DNA of 64,000 nt, taken from Candidatus Marinacidobacterium sp. Lineage in GTDB: Bacteria; Acidobacteriota; Vicinamibacteria; Marinacidobacterales; Marinacidobacteraceae. Position 1 is the first letter of the stretch; every line of letters begins with the position of its first letter. The notes below the pieces were generated by a model that ran no database searches, was not told the origin of the DNA, and saw nothing but the letters and a program-made list of their open reading frames with translations. Position numbers and translations under genes: made by a program. The DNA is taken from positions 1,056,001-1,120,000 of the forward strand of contig OZ242011.1 of NCBI GenBank assembly GCA_965204755.1. The letters are read 5' to 3'. Of the stretch, positions 1 to 9,650 are shown piece after piece.

Positions 1-700
1 ATTCGATGCCGGCGGATACCACCGCGAGGCGGGTCTCCGAACCGGCGGCCGACTCGGCCAGCGCGGCGAGCGCCGGGGACGACGCTCCCTCGCCGGCGGC
101 GTCTTCGCCCACATTGGCGACGATCAACTGGGGTTTGGCGCTCAGCAGGCCATAGCCGGCGAGCCGCTTCCGTTCCGCGACACTCAGCGCGTCGCGGAGC
201 GGGCGCTCCTCCTCGACGAGGCCGCGGGCGCGGTCGAGCAGGTCGCGTTCGCCGCGCACCGCTTCCGGTTTGCCGCGGGCGCGGTCGGCGTCGAGGCGGG
301 TGATGCGCTTTTCCAGCACCGAGAGGTCGGCGAGCAGCAACTCCAGGTCCAGGTTCGCCGCGTCCCGCGCCGGGTCCACGGTTTCGAGCGGCGCGGGAAC
401 CGCCGGGTCGTCGAACGCGCGAACCACATGGACGACCGCGTCCACATCGCGCACCGCCGCGAGGTTCTCCGTCTGCCCCCCGGCGCCGCGCCGGAGCGCG
501 GGGAGCAGTACGACCTCCACGGTCGCCGGAGTCGTCTTGCGGGATTCGTGGAGCCGCGTCAGCGTTTCGAGGTGTTCGTCGGGCACGGCCAGCACGCCGC
601 GCTTCGCCTCCTGCGCGTACCCGCCGGGGGCGATCCGCGTGAGGAGCGAGAACAGCGTCTTCTTCCCGGAGGCGGGAAACCCGACGATCCCGGCGCGCAT
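1..700 (-). CDS. ychF: Redox-regulated ATPase YchF (Obg family), 3'-partial, runs off the left edge
   Basis: My translation from ATG at 700: MRAGIVGFPASGKKTLFSLLT...VVHVVRAFDDP...DPARDAANLDLELLLADL...LLSAKPQLIVANVGED. Not in the supplied ORF track. Confidence 0.85.
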   Translation of the reverse strand, partial: MRAGIVGFPASGKKTLFSLLTRIAPGGYAQEAKRGVLAVPDEHLETLTRLHESRKTTPATVEVVLLPALRRGAGGQTENLAAVRDVDAVVHVVRAFDDPAVPAPLETVDPARDAANLDLELLLADLSVLEKRITRLDADRARGKPEAVRGERDLLDRARGLVEEERPLRDALSVAERKRLAGYGLLSAKPQLIVANVGEDAAGEGASSPALAALAESAAGSETRLAVVSAGIE

Positions 701-789
701 GGGAAGGCGTCGCCCGTTACGACCTTTGTTCGACGGTACTCACGAGCCTGTGAGAGGCACAGCCTGGGAGCACATCCCCCGCAACGGAT

Positions 790-1257
790 CTAAACGGCGG
801 TCGCAGAGATCAGACGCCCGCCGCAGGGAATCGTGCGTACTTTGTTTTTGCGACCTCGGAAGACTACCCGCTCGTGTTTGAGTGCGGCTCTACGACGTCT
901 ACCGAGTGCCCGACCTCCGTACGCCAACACTGGCCGCATCTGGACCGACATGTCACGAGGCAACCAGCGATCTGCTGCGCAAGCTCCCCCTTGCAGCTGT
1001 AGCACGGCATGTGAAATGTCAAAGGTCTGACCCTTCAGTTCAAGCGGCGAAATCCAGCCCGAGACACCACCCCCGACCGCAACGACATAGTCACAGTGCG
1101 GGCCCGGTGGGAGGCCCACGCTCGGGTGATCCAAATCGATCACGACATACCGGTCCATGATGCGACTCAGGGAGACGGTGCAACGTACCTTCTTGCATCG
1201 TCTCACCTGTGGCTCCGTACCGACCGCAGTCGCCACTGTGGCGGCTACACCGCTCAT
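790..1257 (-). CDS. Small hypothetical protein, possible PD-(D/E)XK nuclease fold
   Basis: 155 aa; ATGA overlap with the upstream ATPase stop at 1254-1257; motif HCDYVV...PLELKG resembles D...ExK. Confidence 0.6.
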   Translation of the reverse strand: MSGVAATVATAVGTEPQVRRCKKVRCTVSLSRIMDRYVVIDLDHPSVGLPPGPHCDYVVAVGGGVSGWISPLELKGQTFDISHAVLQLQGGACAADRWLPRDMSVQMRPVLAYGGRALGRRRRAALKHERVVFRGRKNKVRTIPCGGRLISATAV

Positions 1258-2735
1258 TCTTGCGCTTCTTGGTAACGGTTGTAGATCTCAGCGCTCTCGT
1301 TGTAGAGAACCTCGCTCACTGCGTCGAAGCCGGTGGGATACTCACCCGTTTCCCGGTCCAACCCGATCTCATCAACTACCGAACCTCGTGGCCTGCGGCT
1401 TTCCCGAAACAACCAAACCCCTACATCCGTCGAGGGCAGAGCGAACTGCGAACTCGACATTCCCTCCCGGTGCTCGTCCGGGAGCGACGAGATTTGCACC
1501 AAGTTCCCGATCTGGTAAAGCAGCCACTCACTGTGCGTAGTAATGACCACACGGACGCCGCGCTGGACTACACGGACGAGCTCCCGGGCCAAGGCAGTCT
1601 GATTCGCGGGATGCAGATGCGCCTCTGGCTCCTCGATGATCAAGACGTCCCCTCGACGAACTCTATAGCGAAGGTACAGAACGACCGGCGCAAGTTCGGA
1701 CACCATGGAAGAAGCGCGAATCAATGGAAGATCGTCGGTCTTCCACTCGTCAGGCCGATAAGTGAAAGTCGGATAGCCGACCTCGTTCTTCGTGACGCGA
1801 ACGCTCCCCCGCAGAATGCGCTCGATGCTAGTGCCGAGATCGTGTCCCTTCGGCACCTGCCGATGTGTCCCGATGTCTATCAGTTGACTCAGGAAATCAG
1901 CCAACACACCGGACAACATGGGCGTGTCCCGAGGTCCTGGTCGGAGCCCAGCGGAAGCTGCACTCTGTATGAGCGTGTTGACGACGACCTGATGGCCGTG
2001 CATTACGCCGGTTCTGTCTGCCGGGAGATAGTCGGCGTGGCGGAGGGCCGGACGGAAACTAGCAGCGAAGACCGCGTTGGAGATTTCGTGAAACAGGAAC
2101 TGATACTCCTCCCGCATACGACCACGTCCGAGATACGCTCTCCATCGATCCGCGCTCTCCGACAGCGGTGCCTCGGCTGTCAAGTTCGACAAAGTTGCGG
2201 TGGGTTTCCCGCTTGGCCCTCGGCGACCAAAGTCAAAGTGCAATACCGACTCCTGCGCGTGCTGTCGTGCGCGAACGACAATGCTCGATCGCAGGGCAGA
2301 ACTGCTCTCACGAACGAGGTCCGGCAGGCCATCCACACCGAAACACCGGTGGATCTCGGCTGCGACCGTGCGTCGGACTCGCGGCCCATAACCCGTTCGT
2401 ATCGCTGTGTCGATTTCTTCGGGGAGAGGCGTAGACGCGGCTCCTGCACTCAGCCAAGCCGTCAGTGCCTTTCCGACAGGCTCCGAGACGGCCGCGGGTG
2501 CACTCAGTCTCTCGGGAAACCACAAATAGTCTCCGTGTCGGCGAGGGGGGGCGGAGAAGAGACTCCGATGTAGGGCATAGAGCAGGATGGCGAGGTAGGA
2601 CTTCCCCGTGTTGCTCGGCCCCACGAACACCGTGAGTGGGCGCAGCGCGACGGACGCCGTCACGATCGGACCGAAGTTGGCAACCTCCAGAGAATAGGCA
2701 CCGTTGGCGTTGGCTGCGCGTTTCGGTTTGGTCAT
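1254..2735 (-). CDS. ABC/AAA-family ATPase (AAA_15/AAA_21, OLD/AbiEii-like ATPase domain)
   Basis: NFGPI, Walker A GPSNTGKS, signature-like ASSMVSEL, Walker B/D-loop IIEEPEAHLHP, H-loop ITTHS. Start moved to ATG 2735. Confidence 0.85.
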   Translation of the reverse strand: MTKPKRAANANGAYSLEVANFGPIVTASVALRPLTVFVGPSNTGKSYLAILLYALHRSLFSAPPRRHGDYLWFPERLSAPAAVSEPVGKALTAWLSAGAASTPLPEEIDTAIRTGYGPRVRRTVAAEIHRCFGVDGLPDLVRESSSALRSSIVVRARQHAQESVLHFDFGRRGPSGKPTATLSNLTAEAPLSESADRWRAYLGRGRMREEYQFLFHEISNAVFAASFRPALRHADYLPADRTGVMHGHQVVVNTLIQSAASAGLRPGPRDTPMLSGVLADFLSQLIDIGTHRQVPKGHDLGTSIERILRGSVRVTKNEVGYPTFTYRPDEWKTDDLPLIRASSMVSELAPVVLYLRYRVRRGDVLIIEEPEAHLHPANQTALARELVRVVQRGVRVVITTHSEWLLYQIGNLVQISSLPDEHREGMSSSQFALPSTDVGVWLFRESRRPRGSVVDEIGLDRETGEYPTGFDAVSEVLYNESAEIYNRYQEAQE

Positions 2736-3008
2736 CTTGCTGTCTGCCGGGAAGGCCGATCTAGGGCTGCCGGACGATGGATCGTACACCGACGGATGCC
2801 CCCGATGTAGCCGCCTGTGCGGTCCCTGCCGGAGTCGCAGGTGCCCGAAGTCCGGGCGAAGACAACACTTGACTGGCCGGATGACCATCCAAGATGCAGT
2901 AGCGCAGCTGGCTGTATCGGCAGCCGCCGAAGACCGCGAACGAGGCTGACCCGGCACCGGTCCTGGCCATCTCGCACGCTACCACGCGCCCAGCAGGCCC
3001 CCGGGCGG

Positions 3009-3267
3009 TCAGTCGGAGGAACGGAGAGCGAGGAACAGCAGGCCGGCGATGGCGGACCCCGGTCGGGATCAACCGTCTCTCGACGCCGGCGATGTCGGCG
3101 CGGAGGTCGGCCCGCGCCCCGGCCGGGGCGGCGTGGAGGTCGGCCTTCGTGACCGGATCGGATCGGGAATTCACGATCGCCGCCGCGATGGCCTCGGCCG
3201 CCGGCGACTCGAGTCCCGCCGCCTCGAGGCGCCGAACCGCGGCGCGCGGGTCGAACGGGTGGGCCAT
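3009..3267 (-). pseudogene. Frameshifted DUF1640/CCDC90-like coiled-coil membrane-anchored protein
   Basis: MAHPFDPRAAVRRLEAAGLESPAAEAIAAAI...VTKADL; the hydrophobic tail AIAGLLFLALRSSD* lies in another frame and matches the tail of the paralog at 31341-31736. Confidence 0.6.
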
Positions 3268-3371
3268 GAGGTGAACCAAGAGTAGCCGCGACACGGCCTC
3301 CCGCAGCGTCCGTCGAGCGACGCCCGGCGGGCCGCCCTCGCCCCGGCCCCGACGCTCCCGGTCGGTTGGCG

Positions 3372-3395
3372 GTGGTAATTAGTGGAAAAAAGTGG
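3372..3395 (+). promoter_or_regulatory. MraZ operator: three GTGG boxes at 10-bp period
   Basis: GTGGtaattaGTGGaaaaaaGTGG in an AT-rich patch upstream of mraZ; matches known MraZ-binding direct repeats. Confidence 0.8.
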
Positions 3396-3530
3396 TAAAA
3401 CAAGTTCGGCGCACCCCGTCCCGACCGCCCAACCGCCGCCGGCAGCGGCCCCTCCGCTGCCCGGCGACCGCCCGGGCGGCCCGGCTGCCGCGCGCCCCTC
3501 CCCCCACTCCCCCACCGATCAGAGACCCCC

Positions 3531-3959
3531 ATGTTCCGCGGCAACCACCCCGCCACCGTGGACGGGAAGGGGAGGCTCAAGGTGCCGGCGGCCTTCCTCG
3601 GGCGGCTGCGCGAGGAGCACGGCGGGCGGCTGTTCGTCACCAGCCCGGACGGGCGGAGCGTGTGGATCTACCCGATGGCCCACTGGGAGAAGGTCGAGGC
3701 CGACCTCCGCGAGAAGGGCGTCTGGGCCCGGTTCTCCCGGCAGGTCAACTACTACGGCCAGGAACTCGAACTCGACCCGCAAGGGCGCGTCCTCCTCCCG
3801 AAGCACCTGCGGGCCAAGGCCGGCACCGCCGGGAAGGTGGATGTGATCGGCCGCGGCCGGTTCCTCGAGGCTTGGGACCACGAGACCCTCATCGCCCAAC
3901 TCGAGGGCGATCCGCTGGACGAGGACGACCAGGAAGCCCTCGCCGAGGCGGGGAACTGA
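3531..3959 (+). CDS. mraZ: Transcriptional repressor MraZ
   Basis: MFRGNH..VDGKGRLKVP, LDPQGRVLLP; first gene of the dcw cluster. Confidence 0.95.
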   Translation: MFRGNHPATVDGKGRLKVPAAFLGRLREEHGGRLFVTSPDGRSVWIYPMAHWEKVEADLREKGVWARFSRQVNYYGQELELDPQGRVLLPKHLRAKAGTAGKVDVIGRGRFLEAWDHETLIAQLEGDPLDEDDQEALAEAGN

Positions 3960-3988
3960 CCGCCACGCCCGAGGCGCGCCCCCTCGCC

Positions 3989-5140
3989 ATGTCCGTTCTC
4001 ACCGGCGTTCCGGCCCCGGCCCGCGCCGTCCCGCCGCCCGCCCCCGTCCTGTTGAACGCCGCCGCCTTCGGCGCCGCCGGACAGCGGGCATCCCGAACGC
4101 CCCGAACGCCCCGAACACCCCGTCCGACGACGGCGCCCGCCCCGGCCCACGAGCCGGTGATGGTCGCCCGCGTCCTCCACCACCTCGCCCCGAGGCCCGG
4201 CGGGAGATACCTCGACGCCACCTTCGGGCGGGGCGGGCACTCGCGGGCCATCCTCGAAGCCGCGGCCGGGCGCGCCGGCCACGCCGACCACCCGCCAGCC
4301 GCGCTTCTCGCCCTCGACCGGGACCCGGCGGCCGAACCCGCCGCCGCCGAAATCGCCGCCGGACACCCCGGCTTCCGCTTCCTCCGCCGGGACTTCGCGG
4401 AACTCGACGCCGCACTCGACGAAGCCGCCGCCGGCGCCCCCGACGGCCCCGGCCTCGACGGCATCCTCTTCGACCTCGGCGTCTCCAGCCCGCAACTCGA
4501 CGCCCCCGCGCCCGGAGACCCCGGAGCCCCCGGCCGCGGCTTCTCCTTCCTCCGGGACGAGCCGCTGGACATGCGGTTCGACCCGGGCGGCGGCGACGAG
4601 ACCGCCGCCGAACTCCTCGACCGCCTCGAGGAGCCGGAGATCGCCGACCTCCTCTTCGCCGCCGGCGAGCGCCGCTCCCGCGCCATCGCCCGGAAGATCG
4701 CCGCGCGCCGGCCCCTCCGCACCACCGGCGACCTCCGCGCCGCAGTCATCGCCGCCGTCGGCCCCAGGCGCGCCCGCCTCGACCCGGCGACCCGAACCTT
4801 CCTCGCCGTCCGCCGCGCCGTGAACCGCGAGGCCGAGGCGCTCGACAAAGCGCTCGACAAGGCCCCCGCCCTCCTCGCCCCCGGCGGCGCGCTGGTCGTC
4901 CTCTCCTACCACTCGGACGAGGACCGCCCGGTGAAGCGCCGCTTCCGCGAACTCGCCGCGGCCGGCGGCTTCACCGTGGAGACCCGCCGCCCGGAACGCC
5001 CCGACGAGGACGAAGCCGCGAGGAACCGCCGGGCGAGAAGCGCCCGCCTCCGCGCCCTCCGCCGCCACGCCCCGACCCCGGCCCGACAGACACCGGCCCG
5101 ACAGGACCGCCCGACACCGGACCGCCCGACCGAGCGATGA
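3989..5140 (+). CDS. rsmH: 16S rRNA m4C1402 methyltransferase
   Basis: HEPVM, DATFGRGGHS, DLGVSSPQLD, RGFSF, PLDMR, SYHSDEDR, NRRARSARLR. Start codon uncertain. Confidence 0.95.
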   Translation: MSVLTGVPAPARAVPPPAPVLLNAAAFGAAGQRASRTPRTPRTPRPTTAPAPAHEPVMVARVLHHLAPRPGGRYLDATFGRGGHSRAILEAAAGRAGHADHPPAALLALDRDPAAEPAAAEIAAGHPGFRFLRRDFAELDAALDEAAAGAPDGPGLDGILFDLGVSSPQLDAPAPGDPGAPGRGFSFLRDEPLDMRFDPGGGDETAAELLDRLEEPEIADLLFAAGERRSRAIARKIAARRPLRTTGDLRAAVIAAVGPRRARLDPATRTFLAVRRAVNREAEALDKALDKAPALLAPGGALVVLSYHSDEDRPVKRRFRELAAAGGFTVETRRPERPDEDEAARNRRARSARLRALRRHAPTPARQTPARQDRPTPDRPTER

Positions 5141-5517
5141 ACGCCGAGCACTTCCAACTCGACTACCGGCCGGGCAACCGCTGGCTCCGGCGGAAGATCG
5201 ACCCCGCCCGCTACCGCCGCCTGCTGAAGCACTGCGCCGCGGCGGTGCTGGTCCTGCTCGCGCTGGTCGCCGCCGCCTGGCCGCGCCTCGAAGCCGTCCG
5301 CCTCGGCTACCGGGTCGAGGAACTCCGCCACGAGAAGGAGGAGTTGGAGAAGGCCGTCCTCCGCCTCCGCGCCGACCTCGGCGCGATCACCGAACCCGGC
5401 CGGCTGGAGCGCGCCGCCCGCGAGCGCTTCGGCCTCACCGCCCCCGCCGAGTTCGCGCGCGTCGTCCTGCCCGCCGAGGCGGCCCCGCCCGCCGGCGCGA
5501 CGGAGAGGCCGCGATGA
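5137..5517 (+). CDS. ftsL: Cell division protein FtsL
   Basis: One TM helix plus coiled coil ending RLERAARERFGL; lies between rsmH and ftsI with ATGA overlaps. Confidence 0.8.
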   Translation: MNAEHFQLDYRPGNRWLRRKIDPARYRRLLKHCAAAVLVLLALVAAAWPRLEAVRLGYRVEELRHEKEELEKAVLRLRADLGAITEPGRLERAARERFGLTAPAEFARVVLPAEAAPPAGATERPR

Positions 5518-8021
5518 CCGAGCGCCCGACCGACGCCCTCCGCCCGCTCGACCCGGCGAACGCCCCGACCGGGAACACCCCGACCGGGAAGCCCCCGACC
5601 GGCGGGACCCCGACGGGCAAGACCCCGCCCGCCGCCGCCGGCGCGCGCCCCGACGCCGCCGCCCCCCCGAGCCTCTTCCCCGGCGTCCGCGCCCCCACCA
5701 AGCCCCGGCGCAAGGCCCGCCGCCGCCGCACCGACCGGGAAGCCCCCGGCGACCGCGCCCCCGCCGCCACCGCCAAGCGCCGCAAACAGCGCCGCGCCGC
5801 CGCCCCCCGCCCCGAGCCCGCCCGGTTCCCGCCCCCCCCGAACAAACCCGACCCGGCCGCCGCCGCCCGCGCGGCGCAGACCCGCCGCCGCATCATGGTC
5901 GGCGTCGGCCTCCTCGCGGTCTGGGGCGCAGTCATCGGCGGCCGACTGGTCCAGACCCAGGTCTTCCACCACGACCAGATGCTGGCGCAGGCGGCCAACC
6001 AGCACCACCACCGCCTCACCATCCCGCCCTTCCGGGGCGCGATCTCCGACCGCAACGGCCGCCCGCTGGCGCTCACCGTCGCCGCGGAGTCGGTGTACGC
6101 CGAGCCGCCCAACTACCGCGGCGCCGACCTCCGCGCCGCCGCCGCCGCGCTCGCCGCCTGCCTCGACCGCGCCCCGGCGCACATCGAACGCCGCCTGCGC
6201 CGCCCCTCGGAGTTCTCCTGGCTCCGCCGCAAGGCCTCCCGCGAGCAGGCCGCCTGCGCCCGGGAGAGCGGCCACCCCGTCGGCGTCATCGAGGAGTACG
6301 ACCGCGCCTACCCCGGCGGCGCGCTCGCCGCCCACCTCGTCGGCTATGTCGGGGTGGACGGGAACGGGCTCGGCGGGATCGAGCACGCGCTCGACGGGCG
6401 GATCCGGGGCGAACCCGGCCGCCGCACCGTCTGGACCGACGGCCGCCGCACGGGGCGCCGCAGCCGGGTGGACGAAGCGCCCCGCCCCGGCGCCGATGTC
6501 CGGCTCACGGTGGACCTCCGGGCGCAGGCCATCGCCGAGGACGAACTCGCCCGGGGGGTCGAGGAGACCGGCGCCCGGGGCGGCGTGGCGATCCTGCTCG
6601 AAAGCGCCACCGGGGAGGTCCTGGCGCTCGCCGGGCTCCCCGCCTTCGACCCGAACCGCTACGGGGCGTTCCCCCGCGCGGCGCTGCGGAACCAGGCGTT
6701 CACCGACCCCTACGAGCCGGGCTCGGTGTTCAAGGTCGTCACCGCGGCGGCGGCCCTCGAGGAGGGGGTCACCTACGAGGAAGAGCCGTTCGACACCCAC
6801 GGCGGGCGGTACGCCGTCGGGAACCGGGTCGTCCGCGACTGGCAGCCGCTCGGCCCGCTGACCTTCGCCGGGGTCATCCGCCGGTCCTCGAACATCGGGA
6901 CGCTGCAGGTGGCGGCGCGGCTGGGTTCGCGCCGGATGCTGCGCTACATCCGGGCGTTCGGGTTCGGGGCGCCCACCGGGATCGGCGGCCCCGGGGAGAG
7001 CCGGGGGATCGTCCCCGCCGCCGGGCGGTGGCGGCCGATCCGGCTGGCGACGGTCTCCTTCGGGCAGGGGATCGCGGTGACCCCGGCGCAGATGGCGCAG
7101 GCGGTGAATGTGATCGCCTCCGGCGGCGTCCGGATCCCGCTGCGGCTCACCCGCGAAGTGGGCGGCGAGCCGGCGGCCTTCGCCCGCGGCGAGCGGGTGG
7201 TCTCGGAGGCGACGGCCGCCCGGATGCGGCGGCTGCTCGCCGGGGTGGTGAGCGACGGCACCGGGCGGAGCGCCGGGGTCGCCGGGTTCGAGGTCGCCGG
7301 GAAGACCGGGACCGCGCAGAAGGCGGTTCCCGGCGGCTACTCGGAGACCGACTACATCGCCTCGTTCGCCGGGTTCGCCCCGGCGGAGCGCCCGCTGTTC
7401 ACCGCGGTGGTGCTGCTCGACACCAGCCAGCCGAACCACAGCGGGGCGAACGCGGCGCGGGTGTTCGGGCGGATCGCCGCCCGGATGCTCCGGCGGTACC
7501 GGAAGGCGCCGGCGGAGACGCCGACGCTGGTCGCCCGCGCCGCCCCGGCGAACCCCGCAGGCCTCTTCGCGCCGGTCGGGGAGGGCGCCGCAACCCCGTG
7601 GCCGCTCCGCCCGGCGCGGGGCGGCGGCTACCGGAACATCGGGTACGCCGGCGCCGCCGCGCCGCTCTCCTCCCGGGAGGCGGTCGCCGCCGCCCTGCGC
7701 CGGCCTCCGGGCGGCTTCTCCGAGCCGGGCAGCCTCGGCGAGCCGGGCGGCGAAGACCCCGCCCCGCCGGCGGAGCGGCCGCGCCCCTCCCCCACCCGCG
7801 TGGCCGACGCCGACCGGTCCGCCCCCCGCGCCGACCCGCCGGCGACCGAGAACCTCGCTCCCGCCGACTCGGCCCCCCCGGCGCCCGCGCCCGTCCCCCC
7901 GCCGCCGGCGGGCGACTCCCTCACCGCGCCGCCGACGAGCGGGGCGGAACCCTCTCCGGAAACACCCGGCGGCGAAGCGCCGCCGCCCTCGCCCCCGGCG
8001 GGGCGGAGGGGCCCCGCATGA
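5514..8021 (+). CDS. ftsI: Class B PBP (FtsI/PBP3) with Pro-rich N- and C-terminal extensions
   Basis: RGAISDRNG, YEPGSVFK (SxxK), SSN (SxN), GKTGTAQK. Confidence 0.92.
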   Translation: MTERPTDALRPLDPANAPTGNTPTGKPPTGGTPTGKTPPAAAGARPDAAAPPSLFPGVRAPTKPRRKARRRRTDREAPGDRAPAATAKRRKQRRAAAPRPEPARFPPPPNKPDPAAAARAAQTRRRIMVGVGLLAVWGAVIGGRLVQTQVFHHDQMLAQAANQHHHRLTIPPFRGAISDRNGRPLALTVAAESVYAEPPNYRGADLRAAAAALAACLDRAPAHIERRLRRPSEFSWLRRKASREQAACARESGHPVGVIEEYDRAYPGGALAAHLVGYVGVDGNGLGGIEHALDGRIRGEPGRRTVWTDGRRTGRRSRVDEAPRPGADVRLTVDLRAQAIAEDELARGVEETGARGGVAILLESATGEVLALAGLPAFDPNRYGAFPRAALRNQAFTDPYEPGSVFKVVTAAAALEEGVTYEEEPFDTHGGRYAVGNRVVRDWQPLGPLTFAGVIRRSSNIGTLQVAARLGSRRMLRYIRAFGFGAPTGIGGPGESRGIVPAAGRWRPIRLATVSFGQGIAVTPAQMAQAVNVIASGGVRIPLRLTREVGGEPAAFARGERVVSEATAARMRRLLAGVVSDGTGRSAGVAGFEVAGKTGTAQKAVPGGYSETDYIASFAGFAPAERPLFTAVVLLDTSQPNHSGANAARVFGRIAARMLRRYRKAPAETPTLVARAAPANPAGLFAPVGEGAATPWPLRPARGGGYRNIGYAGAAAPLSSREAVAAALRRPPGGFSEPGSLGEPGGEDPAPPAERPRPSPTRVADADRSAPRADPPATENLAPADSAPPAPAPVPPPPAGDSLTAPPTSGAEPSPETPGGEAPPPSPPAGRRGPA

Positions 8022-9640
8022 CACCGGCCCCCGCCGCCGCGCCGAAGAGCGCCGGGCGCGACCGGCGCGGGGCGACCGCCCGGCCCACCCTCCGCCGGAT
8101 CCTCGCCCAGGCGCTCCCCGCCGCCCCCGAACCGGAGTTCGGGAAGGGCGCGGAGCGGGCGGTCATCACCGGCGTCGCCTCCGACTCCCGCCGGGTGAAG
8201 GCCGGGGACCTCTTCATCGCCCTCCGGGGCGCGTTCCACGACGGCCACGACCACCTCGCGCAGGCGGAAGCCCGGGGCGCGGCGGCGGCGCTGGTCGAGA
8301 CCGCCCCGAAGGACGCCCCCCTCCCCTGGGCGCGCGTCCCGGACACCCGGAAGGCCGCCGGCCCGGTGGCCGACGCGGCGTACCGCTCCCCGAGCGAACG
8401 CCTCCGCCTGGTGGGCGTCACCGGCACCAACGGCAAGACCACCGTCGCCTGGCTGCTCGACCAGGCGTTCCGCCGCCGGGAGGGCGCCGGCCTGCTCGCC
8501 GGGACGCTGGGGCACCGGTTCTCCGCCGGCGGGCGGCAGAGCCGGCTCACCGAACCCCGGCTCACCACCTGGGAGGCCCCGGCCCTCACCGCCTTCCTCG
8601 CCCGGGCGGAACACGCCGGCTGCACCTTCGGCGCGGTGGAGTGCTCGTCGCACGGGCTGGCGCTCGACCGGCTCTCCGCCACCCGGTTCGAGGCCGCGGT
8701 GTTCACCAACCTGACCCCCGACCACGGGGACTTCCACCCCGACTTCGAGCACTACTACCGGGCGAAGGCCCGGCTGTTCACCGACCTCCTCCGCCCGCAG
8801 GGGACGGCCGTGATCTCGCTCGACGACGCGCGGGGGCGGCGGCTCGCCGGCGAACTCCGGGCGGCGCGGGGGGATGTCCGCGTCCTGACCTACGGCGCGA
8901 ACGAGGAGGCGGAAGTCCGGATCACCGAGACGCATTCCGACCTCGAGGGCACCCGGCTGCTCCTCTCCACGCCGGAGGGGTCGCTCGGCATCTCCAGCCG
9001 GCTGGTCGGCGGGTTCAACACCGAGAACCTGACGGCGGCCTGGGCGGCGCTGACCGCGCTCGGCGTCCCCGGGAAGGACGCCGCCGACCTGCTGGGCCGG
9101 GCGCAGCCGCCGCCGGGGCGGATGGAGCGGGCGCTCCCGCGGGGGCTCGACGACCCGGAGGCGCCGGTGGCGCTGGTGGACTACGCCCACACCCCGGACG
9201 CGCTGGAGCGGGCGCTCGCCGCCTGCCGGGAGATCGCCGGCCGACGGCCGCTCACCGTGGTCTTCGGCTGCGGCGGCGAGCGCGACCGGGTGAAGCGCTA
9301 CCTGATGGGGGAGGTGGCGGCGCGGCTGGCCGACCGGGTGGTGCTGACCTCGGACAACCCGCGCACCGAGGACCCGAACGACATCATCGAGGACATCCGC
9401 CGGGGCGCCGACCAGCCGGACGCCGAGCGGTCGCCGTCGCTCACCATCGCGCCGCTGCGGCGCGAGGCCATCGGGCGGGCGATCCGGGCGGCGGCGCCCG
9501 GCGAGGTGGTGCTCATCGCCGGCCGGGGCCACGAGACCCACCAGCAGATCGGCGGGAAGCGGCGCGCCTTCTCCGACCGCAAGGCGGCGGAGGAAGCGCT
9601 CCGCAACCGCGCCGCCGGGCCGGGGTGGCAGGGCGCGTGA
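8018..9640 (+). CDS. murE: UDP-MurNAc-tripeptide synthetase (DNPR motif, meso-DAP type)
   Basis: GVTGTNGKTT, ECSSHGL, FTNLTPDH, DYAHTPDAL, FGCGGERD, SDNPR. ATG 8018 overlaps the ftsI stop. Confidence 0.95.
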   Translation: MTPAPAAAPKSAGRDRRGATARPTLRRILAQALPAAPEPEFGKGAERAVITGVASDSRRVKAGDLFIALRGAFHDGHDHLAQAEARGAAAALVETAPKDAPLPWARVPDTRKAAGPVADAAYRSPSERLRLVGVTGTNGKTTVAWLLDQAFRRREGAGLLAGTLGHRFSAGGRQSRLTEPRLTTWEAPALTAFLARAEHAGCTFGAVECSSHGLALDRLSATRFEAAVFTNLTPDHGDFHPDFEHYYRAKARLFTDLLRPQGTAVISLDDARGRRLAGELRAARGDVRVLTYGANEEAEVRITETHSDLEGTRLLLSTPEGSLGISSRLVGGFNTENLTAAWAALTALGVPGKDAADLLGRAQPPPGRMERALPRGLDDPEAPVALVDYAHTPDALERALAACREIAGRRPLTVVFGCGGERDRVKRYLMGEVAARLADRVVLTSDNPRTEDPNDIIEDIRRGADQPDAERSPSLTIAPLRREAIGRAIRAAAPGEVVLIAGRGHETHQQIGGKRRAFSDRKAAEEALRNRAAGPGWQGA

Positions 9641-9650
9641 GGAGGTCCCC

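Noticed and set aside
2760-2949. Cys-rich peptide (CPRC..LCGPCRSRRCPK) as an IS91-like zinc-finger remnant
   Set aside because: Short, no RBS, no transposase body; probably chance.
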